Positions 27,506 through 38,291 are shown, numbered from the stretch's first letter. The stretch: DNA of 61,860 nucleotides from Ignavibacteriota bacterium (GCA_003157485.1 PMJQ01000184.1:41347-103206), one strand, 5' to 3'. Translations and numbers: made by a program. Notes: a model not told the origin generated them from the letters alone.

Positions 27506-28566
27506 TGCCCGGTATCATGTCGACGATCCTCCTCCCGTTTTCATGGCTGTACGGGCTGGCAGCGGCCGCAAGGAACGGCGTGTTTGACCTGGGGCTGATC
27601 CCGCAGCGCAGGGCGGCGGTCCCCGTGATTGCGGTGGGGAATATGACGGCCGGCGGAACAGGAAAGACTCCGCTCGTAGAGTTCATCACCGGATGGCTTG
27701 CACGCAGGGGACTGAACGTCGCGGTTGTGAGCCGGGGATACGGACGGTTGTCGCGCGGCGTCGTCGTCGTCTCACGAAGGGGGGAGATCCGGGCGGACGC
27801 ATTCACAGGAGGGGATGAGCCGGTTCAGATTGCGCGGAAATTCCCTGCGGCGTCCGTTGTGGTCGGAGAGCGGAGGGCGCAGGCGGCTGACAGGGCTGTC
27901 GGAGAATGCGGGGCGGAGGTGATTGTCCTCGACGATGCGTTCCAGCACCGGTATATTGGGCGGGACCTCGACATACTCGTGATCGATGCGGGATCGGATT
28001 TTCTCCGGGAGAAACTCCTCCCGGCGGGGATGAGGAGAGAGTGGTTTTCCGGATTGGGCAGGGCGGGGCTTATAGGATTCTCGCGCGCTTCCGCTCAAGG
28101 GGACCCTTCCTGGGCGGGATCGCTCGCCCGGTGGTCGGATGCGCGGTCGTTCGCCTACGACATACGAATTACGGGATTCGCCGCAATCCCCGGGGGCGAA
28201 CCGTGTGAATGCGCATCCCTCAGGGGGAAGCGGGTTCTCGCATTCAGCGGGATAGGAAGCCACAGGGGATTTGCGGCCTCGCTCCGGGCCGAAGGACTCG
28301 ATGTTGTTGCGGAAAAGCAATTCCGTGACCACCACAGGTACAGCGCGAACGACCTTGACGCTGTACTGGATGCAGCGGCAGGGACGGATGCATGTGTGAC
28401 GACGGAGAAGGATATGGTCCGCCTCATCGCGGATCCGCGGCTCCTGGGGCGTGTGGGAGGGAAGATCCCCTTTCTGTACGCGACAGCGGCGATCGTAATG
28501 CTCAGGGGGGGATCTCTGCTGGAGGGGGCCCTCGAAGGCGTTCTGGAGGGGACGAAAAGACGATGA
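27505..28566 (+). CDS. lpxK: Tetraacyldisaccharide 4'-kinase
   Basis: VGNMTAGGTGKTP, SRGYG, GDEP, LDDAFQH, LLPAG.RE, GIG and FRDHH.Y. Confidence 0.95.
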   Translation: MPGIMSTILLPFSWLYGLAAAARNGVFDLGLIPQRRAAVPVIAVGNMTAGGTGKTPLVEFITGWLARRGLNVAVVSRGYGRLSRGVVVVSRRGEIRADAFTGGDEPVQIARKFPAASVVVGERRAQAADRAVGECGAEVIVLDDAFQHRYIGRDLDILVIDAGSDFLREKLLPAGMRREWFSGLGRAGLIGFSRASAQGDPSWAGSLARWSDARSFAYDIRITGFAAIPGGEPCECASLRGKRVLAFSGIGSHRGFAASLRAEGLDVVAEKQFRDHHRYSANDLDAVLDAAAGTDACVTTEKDMVRLIADPRLLGRVGGKIPFLYATAAIVMLRGGSLLEGALEGVLEGTKRR

Positions 28567-29264
28567 TCATCGGCATCACCGATCCGATGCATGACGCCGC
28601 GACGTACGGAAGGTACGCGGAGCTTGTCAGGAAATGGATCCCGGGCGCGGAGGATCAGATCCTGTCGTGCATCACGGGGACGTTTTCCGAGATCGAGAGG
28701 TGCGATGCGCTCATCCTGAGCGGCGGCGGAGACGTTCATCCGAAGTTTTACAGCCGGGATGAGGATGCGGATCTGGCGAGGGACGTGAAGATCCCGCGGG
28801 ACCTGTTTGAATTCGACCTCATCCGGGAGGCGATGGAGCGCGGCATCCCGGTGCTGGGGATCTGCCGCGGGGCGCAGGTATTCAATGTCGCCATGGGGGG
28901 GTCGCTCGTGCCCGACATCGAGGCCGCGGGTTATGCGGCCCACCGCCGTGGAGATGAGCCCGAACGGCTGCACGGCGTGATGGTGACGAAAGGATCGCTC
29001 CTCGGCGGGATCACCGGCGTTGCGGAAGGAACTGTCAATTCGTCGCACCACCAGGCCGTTGACGCGGTCGGCCGGGGCCTGTGCGTGGCCGCCCGTTCCG
29101 ATGACGGGATCATCGAAGCCCTCGAGTGGGAGAAACCCGGGGGGAAGCCGTTTGTGATGCTGGTCCAGTGGCATCCGGAGAAAATGAACGAGGGCTCCGC
29201 CCCGTTCGCCAGGAACCTTGTCGAAAGACTTGCGCTGGAAGCGCGCGCTGTACGAACGTTGTAA
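28563..29264 (+). CDS. Gamma-glutamyl-gamma-aminobutyrate hydrolase family (peptidase C26, PuuD-like)
   Basis: LSGGGDV, LGICRG (Cys), NSSHHQAV and VQWHPE (His-Glu). Confidence 0.88.
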   Translation: MIIGITDPMHDAATYGRYAELVRKWIPGAEDQILSCITGTFSEIERCDALILSGGGDVHPKFYSRDEDADLARDVKIPRDLFEFDLIREAMERGIPVLGICRGAQVFNVAMGGSLVPDIEAAGYAAHRRGDEPERLHGVMVTKGSLLGGITGVAEGTVNSSHHQAVDAVGRGLCVAARSDDGIIEALEWEKPGGKPFVMLVQWHPEKMNEGSAPFARNLVERLALEARAVRTL

Positions 29265-29314
29265 CGCTGCAGAAGGTCACGAACCAACGACATAACATAA
29301 CGAAGGAAAGAACA

Positions 29315-32077
29315 ATGGCAAAATACGTGTATTTCTTTGGAAGGGGAAAGGCCGAAGGGAAGGCCGAAATGAAGGGACTGCTCGGAGGGAAGGGCGCCAA
29401 CCTTGCAGAGATGACAAACATCGGGCTGCCGGTCCCTGCGGGATTCTCCATGTCAACGGAGGTCTGCACCTACTTCTACGCAAACAAGAGGACCTATCCG
29501 CGGTCGCTCACTGCCGACGTCGCCGCCGCACTGAAGAAGGTGGAATCGGCGATGGGCGCGAAATTCGGGGATCCGAAGAACCCGCTCCTCGTGTCGGTCC
29601 GTTCGGGCGCACGGGCGTCCATGCCGGGGATGATGGATACGATCCTCAACCTGGGGATGAACGACACCGTGGCCGGGGGGCTCATCAAGAAGACGGGGAA
29701 CGACAGGTTCGTGTACGATTCGTACCGCCGGTTCGTCCAGATGTACGGCGACGTCGTGCTCGGACTGAAGCCCGTCCACAAGGACGAAATCGATCCGTTT
29801 GAAGTCATCATCGAAGCGAAGAAGAAGGAGCGCGGTGTCCATCTCGATACCGAGCTCAGCGCTGCGGACATGAAGGACCTCGTCGCCAAATTCAAGGCGG
29901 CGATCAAAGAGAAGACCGGGCACGTTTTTCCCGAGGAGCCCCTGAAGCAGCTCTGGGGCGCCATCGGCGCCGTGTTCGGGTCATGGAACAACGACCGTGC
30001 AATCGCCTACCGGAAGATGTACGATATCCCCGAGTCGTGGGGAACGGCCGTCAACGTCCAGTCGATGGTGTTCGGCAACATGGGCGATTCGTCGGGTACC
30101 GGCGTCGCGTTTACGCGGAACGCCGCGACGGGAGAGAACCTGTTTTACGGCGAGTATCTCATGAACGCGCAGGGTGAAGACGTTGTCGCAGGGACCCGCA
30201 CGCCGCTCCCGATTTCGGACCTCGCGGAAAGGAACCCGGTGATCTACAAGCAGCTCGACAGAATCCGCCACACGCTGGAGAAGCACTACCGTGACATGAT
30301 GGACGTGGAGTTCACGATCCAGGAGGGGAAGCTGTACATGCTCCAGTGCCGCGTGGGCAAGCGGACCGCGTTCGCCGCGATAAAAATCGCCGTGGACATG
30401 GTGGGGGAGAAGCTCATCAGCGACAAAGAAGCGCTAGGACGCATCGAACCCGATCAGCTCAACCAGCTCCTGCGGCCGGTCTTCGACCTGAAGGAGAAGG
30501 AGGCCGCGGTGAAATCGGGACGCCTCCTGGCGAAGGGATTGAACGCCGGACCGGGCGCCGCGACGGGGCGTGTCGTGTTCAACGCGCCGGACGCCGAAGC
30601 GTGGAAAAAACGGGGTGAGCTCGTGATCCTCACCCGCATCGAGACCTCGCCGGAAGACATCAAAGGGATGGACGCTGCCGAAGGGATCCTCACCGCGCGG
30701 GGCGGCATGACGTCGCACGCGGCGCTCGTTGCCCGTCAGATGGGAAAAGTGTGCGTTGCGGGATGCTCGTCGCTCGAAATCGACTACGGCACGCACACGA
30801 TGACGGTGAAGGGGAAGAAAATCAAGGAAGGGGACTGGATCTCGCTCGATGGCACCACGGGCGAGGTTCTCGAGGGGAAGGTGGCGACGAGGCCTTCGGA
30901 GGTCCTGCGCGTGCTCGTGGACAAGTCGCTCGAAGCGAAGGACGCGCCCGTCTACCAGCAGTATGCGCGGATCATGGGGTGGGCGGACAAGTACCGCCGG
31001 CTGAGAATCCGCACGAACGCGGACCAGCCCGACCAGGCGTTAAACGCGGTCGCCTTCGGCGCCGAGGGGATCGGCCTCTGCCGTACGGAGCACATGTTCT
31101 TCGGCGAAGGGAAGATCGGACCGATGCGTGAGATGATCCTCGCCGACACCGTCGAGGAGCGCAAGAAAGCGCTTGCGAAGCTTCTCCCGCTCCAGCGGCA
31201 GGACTTCGAGGGGATCTTTGCGGCAATGAACGGCCGCCCCGTCACGATCCGCACGATCGATCCTCCGCTTCACGAGTTCGTCCCCCACGAGGAGCCGGCG
31301 CAGCGCGAGCTGGCTCGGCAGATGGGGATCTCGTACGAAAAGGTCCACCAGCGTGTCGAAGGACTCCACGAGTTCAACCCGATGCTCGGGTTCCGCGGAT
31401 GCCGCCTGGGGATCATCTTCCCCGAGATCACCGAGATGCAGTCGCGGGCGATCTTCGAAGCGGCGGCCAATGTCCAGGCGCGCGGCATCCCCGTCGAGCC
31501 CGAGATCATGATCCCGCTCGTCGGGAACGTCAAGGAGCTCGCGAACCAGGAGAAAATCGTCCGCAAGGTGGCGGGAGAGGTCATGAAGGAGAAAGGGACG
31601 AAATTCAAATATCTCGTCGGCACGATGATCGAGATTCCGCGGGGCGCGCTCACGGCGGATGAAATCGCCGGCGTCGCCGAATTCTTCAGCTTCGGGACGA
31701 ACGATCTGACGCAGACGACGCTGGGGGTGAGCCGCGACGACGCGGCGAGGTTCCTGATCCCGTACGTCGAGATGGAGATCTATGCGAAGGACCCGTTTGA
31801 ATCGCTTGACAGAGTGGGCGTGGGCCAACTGATGAAGATCGCGATTGCAAAGGGCCGGTCCGTCAGGCCGGGCCTGAAGGTCGGCATCTGCGGAGAGCAC
31901 GGAGGGGATCCTTCGAGCATCGAGTTCTGCCATCAGATCGACCAGAATTACGTCAGCTGTTCCCCGTTCCGCGTGCCGATTGCGCGTCTTGCGGCGGCCC
32001 GCGCGGCGCTGGCGGACGCACCCGCAGGCGGCGGAACGAAGAAGGCCGCTGCGAAGAAGAGCGCGCGCCGTAAGTAG
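29315..32077 (+). CDS. ppdK: Pyruvate, phosphate dikinase
   Basis: [36 protein letters not shown] (phospho-His), [18 protein letters not shown] and GICGEHGG. Confidence 0.98.
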   Translation: MAKYVYFFGRGKAEGKAEMKGLLGGKGANLAEMTNIGLPVPAGFSMSTEVCTYFYANKRTYPRSLTADVAAALKKVESAMGAKFGDPKNPLLVSVRSGARASMPGMMDTILNLGMNDTVAGGLIKKTGNDRFVYDSYRRFVQMYGDVVLGLKPVHKDEIDPFEVIIEAKKKERGVHLDTELSAADMKDLVAKFKAAIKEKTGHVFPEEPLKQLWGAIGAVFGSWNNDRAIAYRKMYDIPESWGTAVNVQSMVFGNMGDSSGTGVAFTRNAATGENLFYGEYLMNAQGEDVVAGTRTPLPISDLAERNPVIYKQLDRIRHTLEKHYRDMMDVEFTIQEGKLYMLQCRVGKRTAFAAIKIAVDMVGEKLISDKEALGRIEPDQLNQLLRPVFDLKEKEAAVKSGRLLAKGLNAGPGAATGRVVFNAPDAEAWKKRGELVILTRIETSPEDIKGMDAAEGILTARGGMTSHAALVARQMGKVCVAGCSSLEIDYGTHTMTVKGKKIKEGDWISLDGTTGEVLEGKVATRPSEVLRVLVDKSLEAKDAPVYQQYARIMGWADKYRRLRIRTNADQPDQALNAVAFGAEGIGLCRTEHMFFGEGKIGPMREMILADTVEERKKALAKLLPLQRQDFEGIFAAMNGRPVTIRTIDPPLHEFVPHEEPAQRELARQMGISYEKVHQRVEGLHEFNPMLGFRGCRLGIIFPEITEMQSRAIFEAAANVQARGIPVEPEIMIPLVGNVKELANQEKIVRKVAGEVMKEKGTKFKYLVGTMIEIPRGALTADEIAGVAEFFSFGTNDLTQTTLGVSRDDAARFLIPYVEMEIYAKDPFESLDRVGVGQLMKIAIAKGRSVRPGLKVGICGEHGGDPSSIEFCHQIDQNYVSCSPFRVPIARLAAARAALADAPAGGGTKKAAAKKSARRK

Positions 32078-32101
32078 GCGCTCGCTGAAGGTGAATGCGG
32101 A

Positions 32102-32130
32102 ACCGGCCCGCCGCAGGGCGGGCCGGTGTT
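32102..32130 (+). terminator. Probable terminator hairpin after ppdK
   Basis: ACCGGCCCGCC-gcag-GGCGGGCCGGT followed by a short GTT tail. Confidence 0.6.
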
Positions 32131-32190
32131 CGCGTGGCGCCATCTGCGACTGACAATGTTTTTCATTATGATGAGAGGAGTACGGAGCCA

Positions 32191-33228
32191 ATGAAACTTT
32201 CCGACTTCCGCTATCCGCTGCCAAGGAACCTGATCGCGAAGTTTCCCGCGAACCCGCGGGACAATGCGCGCCTCATGGTTGTGAATCGTGCGGACGAGTC
32301 GATTGCGGGGATGAGGTTTTCCGAGATCGGGAAATTCTTCAAGAAGGGGGACTGCCTTGTCGTCAACGAGACGAAGGTCTTCCCCGCGCGCCTCTTCGGC
32401 CGCAAGGAGAAGACAAATGCCAGGATCGAGGTGTTCCTCCTGCGCGAACTGAACAAGGAGGAGAATATCTGGGATGTCATCGTCGACCCGGCCCGGAAGG
32501 TCCGCATCGGCAACAAGATATTCTTCGACGAGGGGAAACTCTGGTGCGAGGTGATCGACAACACGACCTCGCGCGGACGCACGGTCCGCTTCAACGTGCA
32601 GGGGGATTTCTTCAAGATCATCGACCGGATCGGGAAGATGCCTCTCCCGTATTACATCAAGCGGGAGCCGACGGACAGGGACAAGGAGTCGTACCAGACG
32701 GTGTTCGCGCGCGCGGTTGGCGCCGTCGCCGCTCCGACCGCCGGCCTCCATTTCACGAAGAGGCTCCTGGCGTCACTGAAGAGGAAAGGGGTGAAGATCG
32801 TCCCCGTCGTTCTTCACGTCGGACTCGGTTCGTTCCGCGCCGTCGAGGTGGAAGACCTCACGAAGCACAAGATGGATTCGGAGTACTACGAGATCCCGGA
32901 GGCGACGGAGCTTGTCGTGAACAAGACGATCGATACCCGTGGGAGTGTGTTTGTGTGCGGCACGAGCACGTGCCGCGCGCTGGAGTCGAGCGTAACGACG
33001 GACGGGCACCTGAAGAGCAACAGGGGGTGGACGGACAAGTTCATTTTCCCGCCGTACGACTTCAAGATCACGGACCGGCTTATCACGAACTTCCACATGC
33101 CGGAATCGACGCTTCTCATGCTCGCGGCGGCGTATGCGGGCCGCGATCTTCTCATGAAATCCTACAAGAAAGCGATAAAGGAAGGGTACCGGTTTTACAG
33201 CTACGGCGACGCGATGCTCCTCCAGTGA
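32191..33228 (+). CDS. queA: S-adenosylmethionine:tRNA ribosyltransferase-isomerase
   Basis: VVNETKVFPAR, PLPYYIKR, AVAAPTAGLHFT, LHVGLG, TNFHMPES and YRFYSYGDAML; Bacteroidota-like DNTTSRGRT. Confidence 0.96.
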   Translation: MKLSDFRYPLPRNLIAKFPANPRDNARLMVVNRADESIAGMRFSEIGKFFKKGDCLVVNETKVFPARLFGRKEKTNARIEVFLLRELNKEENIWDVIVDPARKVRIGNKIFFDEGKLWCEVIDNTTSRGRTVRFNVQGDFFKIIDRIGKMPLPYYIKREPTDRDKESYQTVFARAVGAVAAPTAGLHFTKRLLASLKRKGVKIVPVVLHVGLGSFRAVEVEDLTKHKMDSEYYEIPEATELVVNKTIDTRGSVFVCGTSTCRALESSVTTDGHLKSNRGWTDKFIFPPYDFKITDRLITNFHMPESTLLMLAAAYAGRDLLMKSYKKAIKEGYRFYSYGDAMLLQ

Positions 33229-33248
33229 GCCGTCCCGGATCGAGGACA

Positions 33249-33986
33249 ATGCACGACGTTTCGGTTGTCATCGCTGCAGGGGGGAGCGGGAGGAGGATGG
33301 GAGGAAGGACCCCGAAGCAGTTTCTTTTGCTCGGCGGAGCTCCCATCCTTGAGAGGACGATCGCCGCGTTCCACTCCCTCCGGGCAGTCAGGGAGATCGT
33401 GCTCGTCGTTCCAGCGGACTGCGTCTCCCGCGCAGCGGCGATCGTCAGGCGGGCGGGATTCCGGAAGGTGGCGCATATCGTTCCCGGAGGGAAGGATCGG
33501 CAGGCCTCGGTGTTCAACGGGCTTGAGAAATGCTCCTTCCGCTCGGGGATCGTCCTCGTGCACGATGCAGTCCGGCCGTTCGTCCGCCGGGACACCATAC
33601 TCTCCGTTATCCATGCCGCCGGGAGATACGGCGCGGCACTTGCCGGCGTCCCGGTCAAGGACACGATAACGATCGAATCGCCGGGAGGCAGCGGGTTCTC
33701 TTCCCGCACGCTCCGCCGTGAGGAACTCTGGGCTGTACAGACCCCCCAGGGATTCCACTTTGCGCTCCTGCAGGAAGCCCACATGAAAGCCCGCGCAGAC
33801 AGATTTCATGGCACGGATGACGCTTCACTCGTGGAGCGGAAGGGGACGCGTGTGAAGATCGTCCACGGGAGCGAAACGAACATAAAGATCACGAATCCTG
33901 ACGACCGAAAACTGGCCGAATTCCTGCTGGGTGAGGGACGGACCCTTCAATGGCGCCCCAAAGCGGCGCCACCTCGGGCCCGCTGA
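33249..33986 (+). CDS. ispD: 2-C-methyl-D-erythritol 4-phosphate cytidylyltransferase
   Basis: AAGGSGRRMG...KQF, GGKDRQASV, VHDAVRP, QTPQGF, TDDASL and NIKITNPDD. The last 12 codons come from a repeat element. Confidence 0.94.
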   Translation: MHDVSVVIAAGGSGRRMGGRTPKQFLLLGGAPILERTIAAFHSLRAVREIVLVVPADCVSRAAAIVRRAGFRKVAHIVPGGKDRQASVFNGLEKCSFRSGIVLVHDAVRPFVRRDTILSVIHAAGRYGAALAGVPVKDTITIESPGGSGFSSRTLRREELWAVQTPQGFHFALLQEAHMKARADRFHGTDDASLVERKGTRVKIVHGSETNIKITNPDDRKLAEFLLGEGRTLQWRPKAAPPRAR

Positions 33987-34054
33987 AAGGCAGCAGACCC
34001 CTGCCCCCGCCTCAGAGCGGCGCCACAGGCGCCGCCTGCGGCGCCACAGGCGCC
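33950..34054. repeat. GGCGCC-family repeat cluster (copy 2)
   Basis: Six GGCGCC in ~105 bp; 17-bp direct repeat GCGGCGCCACAGGCGCC at 34017-33 and 34038-54; 33950-83 is a near-identical inverse of 49223-56. Confidence 0.85.
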
Positions 34055-34069
34055 GGGATTTCTGAAATG

Positions 34070-34098
34070 TTGCTATTCTCGACGGCTTTGAGTAAATT
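34070..34098 (+). promoter_or_regulatory. Putative promoter of plsY-gpsA
   Basis: TTGCTA-N17-TAAATT. Confidence 0.6.
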
Positions 34099-34157
34099 GA
34101 AATATACGGCTGCCGTGGGTCACGGCGACGCATTTTCTCTGCCACTGAACGGATACC

Positions 34158-34853
34158 ATGCTCCCCATAGGCATAATAACCGTCCTGAGCTACCTGATAG
34201 GCTCGATCCCGACCGCCATTATCGTGGCAAAACGGGTCCGCGGAATCGATATCCGCCAGCACGGAAGCGGCAACGCCGGCGGGACCAACGTGATCCGGGT
34301 TCTGGGCTGGAAAGTCGGCGTTTTTGTCATACTTATCGACATGGCAAAGGGGCTCTTTGCCACGATGGTACTCGCCCGGCTCATGTACGGACCTATCCCG
34401 TTCGCCAACAGCACTCCGTTTGACGATTTCACCGTCGTGCAGATCATCGCGGGATGCGCCGCAATCCTGGGGCACGTCTGGACGCTGTTCGCAGGGTTCA
34501 AGGGGGGGAAGGGGATCGCCACTGCCGGCGGTATGCTGATCGGCATCGCGCCCGTTGAGGTCGCAGTCGCGTTCGGGGTATTCGCGCTCGTCTTCCTTGT
34601 TTCGCACTATGTCTCGCTCGGATCGCTCAGTGCCGCGATATCCTTCCCGCTGACGATGTTCTTCCGCGAGAACCTCTTCAGGGTGGACATTGAGGGGTAT
34701 CACACGCTGATATTCTTCAGCATCGGCATTGCTACCCTCATCATCTACACGCACCGCACGAACATCGGCCGCCTTATTGCGGGGACGGAAAACAGGATCA
34801 CGTCGCTCCGGCTCGGCGGAAGAAAGACCGCCGCCCCGCCGGGGAAAGCCTGA
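34158..34853 (+). CDS. plsY: Glycerol-3-phosphate 1-O-acyltransferase
   Basis: YLIGSIP, DIRQHGSGNAGGTN, GH...FAGFKGGKGIAT and HRTNI.RL..G.E. Confidence 0.96.
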   Translation: MLPIGIITVLSYLIGSIPTAIIVAKRVRGIDIRQHGSGNAGGTNVIRVLGWKVGVFVILIDMAKGLFATMVLARLMYGPIPFANSTPFDDFTVVQIIAGCAAILGHVWTLFAGFKGGKGIATAGGMLIGIAPVEVAVAFGVFALVFLVSHYVSLGSLSAAISFPLTMFFRENLFRVDIEGYHTLIFFSIGIATLIIYTHRTNIGRLIAGTENRITSLRLGGRKTAAPPGKA

Positions 34854-34865
34854 CGCACCTCACCT

Positions 34866-35870
34866 ATGCGCATCGCTGTACTCGGCGCGGGGAGCTGGGG
34901 GACAACCCTCTCGATCCTCCTGGCCGAAAACTCCCATCAGGTTTCCCTCTGGTCCTACAGTAAGGAAGATGCCGCCCGCATACGATCGACGCGGACGAAT
35001 CCCGACTTTCTCCCCGGCATAACGATTCCGGAGTCTGTCCGGATCGAGGAAGATCTGGACTCCTCCGTCGACGGTGCTGAGATGATTGTGGGCGCCGTTC
35101 CCTCCCAGTTTCTCCGCTCCGTCGTCAGCCGGCTGAAGGTTTCCCGCGGTGCCGGGGGAGGCCTTACTGTCGTCAACGTTGCTAAGGGGGTTGAGAACAA
35201 TACCCTGATGACGATGTCGGAGATGCTCCACGACACGCTCCCGGACCTTCCCCTCTCGCGCATCGCAACGCTGTCGGGACCGAGCCACGCCGAGGAAGTG
35301 AGCCGCAGGATCCCCACAACCGTCGTCGCTGCCTCGACGGATCTCGATACCGCCCGGCTCGTGCAGAAAGTCTTCATGCTCCCCTATTTTCGCGTTTATG
35401 CAAGCAATGATATCCGGGGGGTGGAGATCGGGGGCTCGCTCAAGAATGTCATCGCCATCGCGGCCGGGATCATCGACGGCGCGGACCTCGGAGACAATAC
35501 GAAAGCGGCGGTCATGACCCGCGGGATCGCCGAAATCGCACGCGTCGGCGTGGCAATGGGGGCGCACATAAGGACGTTTTCCGGGCTCTCCGGGATCGGC
35601 GATCTTATGGTGACGTGCATGAGCCGGCACAGCAGGAACCGCTATGTGGGGGTTGAAATCGGCAAGGGGCGGCGGCTGGCGGACATCGTCGGGGGGATGG
35701 TGATGGTGGCCGAGGGGATTGCGACGACGGAATCGGCAGACGCGCTCGCGCGCCGGGTGGGCGTTGAGGTTCCGATCATCACGGAGGTGTACAGGATACT
35801 CTTCGAGGACAAGGACCCCCTCATCGCGTGCCATGACCTCATGACACGCGATCCGAAGGGTGAGCTTTAG
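34866..35870 (+). CDS. gpsA: NAD(P)H-dependent glycerol-3-phosphate dehydrogenase
   Basis: LGAGSWGT, LSGPSHAEEV, GGSLKNVIAIA, SGIGDLMVTC..SRN and VAEG. Confidence 0.97.
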   Translation: MRIAVLGAGSWGTTLSILLAENSHQVSLWSYSKEDAARIRSTRTNPDFLPGITIPESVRIEEDLDSSVDGAEMIVGAVPSQFLRSVVSRLKVSRGAGGGLTVVNVAKGVENNTLMTMSEMLHDTLPDLPLSRIATLSGPSHAEEVSRRIPTTVVAASTDLDTARLVQKVFMLPYFRVYASNDIRGVEIGGSLKNVIAIAAGIIDGADLGDNTKAAVMTRGIAEIARVGVAMGAHIRTFSGLSGIGDLMVTCMSRHSRNRYVGVEIGKGRRLADIVGGMVMVAEGIATTESADALARRVGVEVPIITEVYRILFEDKDPLIACHDLMTRDPKGEL

Positions 35871-35880
35871 GAGATAAGCG

Positions 35881-36065
35881 CGCCGGCGCCCGCGGCATCG
35901 AAGTCGAAGTGGAACATGGCGCCTTCTTTGGCGCCTGTGGCGCCGGCATAGGCTCAAAAGGAAGGGGCGCCCGTGGGCGCCCCTTGTGCTGTATAAACAA
36001 CGGCGCCACCTGTGTCGAAGTGGAACATGGCGCGTTCTCTGGCGCCAATGGCGCTGAAAGCGCCA
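35881..36065. repeat. GGCGCC-family mosaic repeat (copy 3) between convergent gpsA and hppA
   Basis: Eight intergenic GGCGCC; 33-bp direct repeat at 35903-35 and 36014-46 (31/33 identical); central 10-bp hairpin at 35962-85 that could act as a bidirectional terminator. Confidence 0.85.
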
Positions 36066-36078
36066 GCGCCGCCCGCTA

Positions 36079-38259
36079 CTATATGAATAAGGGCGCCAGG
36101 ACCAGCGTGATCGTGCTCAGGAGCTTGATGAGCACGTGGAGAGACGGTCCCGCGGTGTCCTTGCACGGATCGCCGACTGTGTCGCCCACAACGGACGCTT
36201 TGTGCGTGGGGGACCCTTTCCCGCCGAACTGGCCGGTCTCGATGAACTTCTTGGCGTTGTCCCAGGCTCCCCCTCCGTTGTTCAGGAAGAGTGCCATCAG
36301 TATGCCGACGATCGTTCCGACCATCAGCAGTCCTCCCACGACCTCCGCACCGCTCGCGCCGTAGACAGGCGAGCCGTTTGCGATGTAGAGCCACTTGAAT
36401 GCGAGACCGACTGCCACGGGCATGAGCACGACAAGAAGTCCCGGGAGAACCATTTCCCGGAGAGCGGACTTCGTCGCGATGTCCACGCACTGGCCGTAGT
36501 CCGGTTTCGACGTTCCCGCCATGATGCCGGGATTGTTCCGGAACTGGTCCCTGACATTGTTGATGATCGCGTACGCCGCGCGCCCCACCGCCTTGATGGC
36601 GAGTGAGGAGAAAAGAAACACGAGAACCGCGCCGAACATCGACCCGACGAATACCTCGGGTTTGTTCAGGTTTATCGTTCCCGGAAACGACGGGAGATAT
36701 GCCTTTACCTCGTCGATGTACGCGCTGAAGAGGAGGAACGCCGCAAGAGCGGCGGACCCGACCGCGTACCCCTTCGTGAGCGCCTTCGTCGTGTTGCCGA
36801 CGGAATCGAGGCGGTCGGTTCTGTCCCTGATCTCCTTCGGCTGCTGGCTCATTTCGACAATCCCGCCGGCGTTATCGGTGATCGGGCCGAACGTGTCCAT
36901 CGCGAGAATGTACGCCGCGGTCGAGAGCATCCCCATCGTGGCGACGGCGGTGCCGAACAACCCCGCGTGTTCCAGTCCCGAACTGGCCCCAAGATAGTAC
37001 GCGCCCACGATTGCCGCGGCGATCACGACAACCGGGAATCCCGTGGATTCCATCCCGACGGCGAGCCCTGCGATGATGTTTGTCGCGGGCCCCGTCTGCG
37101 AGGCCTCGGCAATCGACCGCACGGGGCGATATTTGTATTCGGTGTAGTACTGCGTGATCATGACGAATGCGATCGACGTCAGCACACCGACGATGCCGCA
37201 GAGGAAGAAATTGAAGTAATAGTCGGGTCCGAGAAGCCAGCGGGAGGCGGCGAAAAATCCCCCCATCGCGAGGACGGCGGTGACGCCGTATCCGCGGTTG
37301 AGGGCCTTCATCGGATCCTCTTTGTCGGTGACTTTGACCGAGAGGATGCCCACGACCGACGCCAGGATGCCGAATGCACGGGCGACGAGAGGGAATAGGA
37401 GCACGCCGATGAGCGGGAGGGCGTGCGACGCGAAGAGGCCGATGTTGGCCTTGTACAGCCCGGCGGCGAGTATCATGGCGCCGATGTTCTCGGCTGCGGT
37501 GGATTCGAAGAGGTCCGCGCCGCGTCCCGCGCAGTCGCCGACGTTGTCACCGACGAGGTCGGCGATCACCGCGGGGTTCCTGGGATCGTCTTCCGGTATC
37601 CCCGCCTCGACCTTGCCGACGAGATCGGCCCCGACGTCGGCCGCTTTCGTGTAGATCCCTCCGCCGAGCTGCGCGAAGAGCGCCACGAAGCTTGCGCCGA
37701 ATCCGTATCCGACGATGAGAAGGGGGATCTTGGTGATGTCGTCCGTGACGCCGCTTGCCTGGACGAGCGCGAAGAGGCCGCCGACGCCGAGAAGGCTCAT
37801 TGCAACGACGAAGAATCCGGACACGGCGCCCCCCCGCAGGGCGGGCTGAAGCGCGCTGTTCAGGTCTTTCGTCGCTCCCGCCGCGGTCCTGATATTGGCC
37901 CGAATGGCGACCCACATCCCCATGTATCCGGCAGCGACCGAGCAGAGCGCGCCGAGACCGAACGAGAGCGTGGTCCAGAGAGCGAGCTGTGCGGAGCTTG
38001 CGGGATCATGGATGTTCCCCGTGCGGACGAACGCGTACAGGATATAGATGAGCGCTGCAAGCGCGATTGCCAGATAGAGGATCGTGCGATACTGTCTCCG
38101 CAGGAACGCTTCCGCCCCCGCTTTGATCGCATCGGAAATCTCCCGCATCTTGGCAGTCCCCGTGTCCCGCCTCATAACGTCCCGTATGAGATAGACCGCG
38201 AAGAGCAGCCCCAGGATGCTGATGCCCAGTATGAGATTCATTTCCATGTGTGCTGTCAT
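36079..38259 (-). CDS. hppA: Membrane-bound pyrophosphatase, K+-independent H+-pumping type
   Basis: GGGIYTKAADVGADLVGKVE, EDDPRNP..IAD.VGDNVGD, DTFGPITDNAGG, GNTTKA and GDTVGDP.KDTAGP. Alternative ATG at 38247. Confidence 0.95.
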   Translation of the reverse strand: MTAHMEMNLILGISILGLLFAVYLIRDVMRRDTGTAKMREISDAIKAGAEAFLRRQYRTILYLAIALAALIYILYAFVRTGNIHDPASSAQLALWTTLSFGLGALCSVAAGYMGMWVAIRANIRTAAGATKDLNSALQPALRGGAVSGFFVVAMSLLGVGGLFALVQASGVTDDITKIPLLIVGYGFGASFVALFAQLGGGIYTKAADVGADLVGKVEAGIPEDDPRNPAVIADLVGDNVGDCAGRGADLFESTAAENIGAMILAAGLYKANIGLFASHALPLIGVLLFPLVARAFGILASVVGILSVKVTDKEDPMKALNRGYGVTAVLAMGGFFAASRWLLGPDYYFNFFLCGIVGVLTSIAFVMITQYYTEYKYRPVRSIAEASQTGPATNIIAGLAVGMESTGFPVVVIAAAIVGAYYLGASSGLEHAGLFGTAVATMGMLSTAAYILAMDTFGPITDNAGGIVEMSQQPKEIRDRTDRLDSVGNTTKALTKGYAVGSAALAAFLLFSAYIDEVKAYLPSFPGTINLNKPEVFVGSMFGAVLVFLFSSLAIKAVGRAAYAIINNVRDQFRNNPGIMAGTSKPDYGQCVDIATKSALREMVLPGLLVVLMPVAVGLAFKWLYIANGSPVYGASGAEVVGGLLMVGTIVGILMALFLNNGGGAWDNAKKFIETGQFGGKGSPTHKASVVGDTVGDPCKDTAGPSLHVLIKLLSTITLVLAPLFI

Positions 38260-38291
38260 GCTCCTTTCTGAGTGAGTACAATTGGTCTCCT

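Noticed and set aside
34018-35945. plsY-gpsA as a composite mobile element bounded by 16-bp inverted repeats
   Set aside because: The cargo is core housekeeping, there is no transposase or target duplication, and the IRs are explained as members of the dispersed repeat family.
35903-36046. CRISPR array from the 33-bp direct repeats (also considered for 44759-806)
   Set aside because: Only two copies with a 78-bp spacer made of related repeats; the 12-mer array has no spacers; no cas genes.
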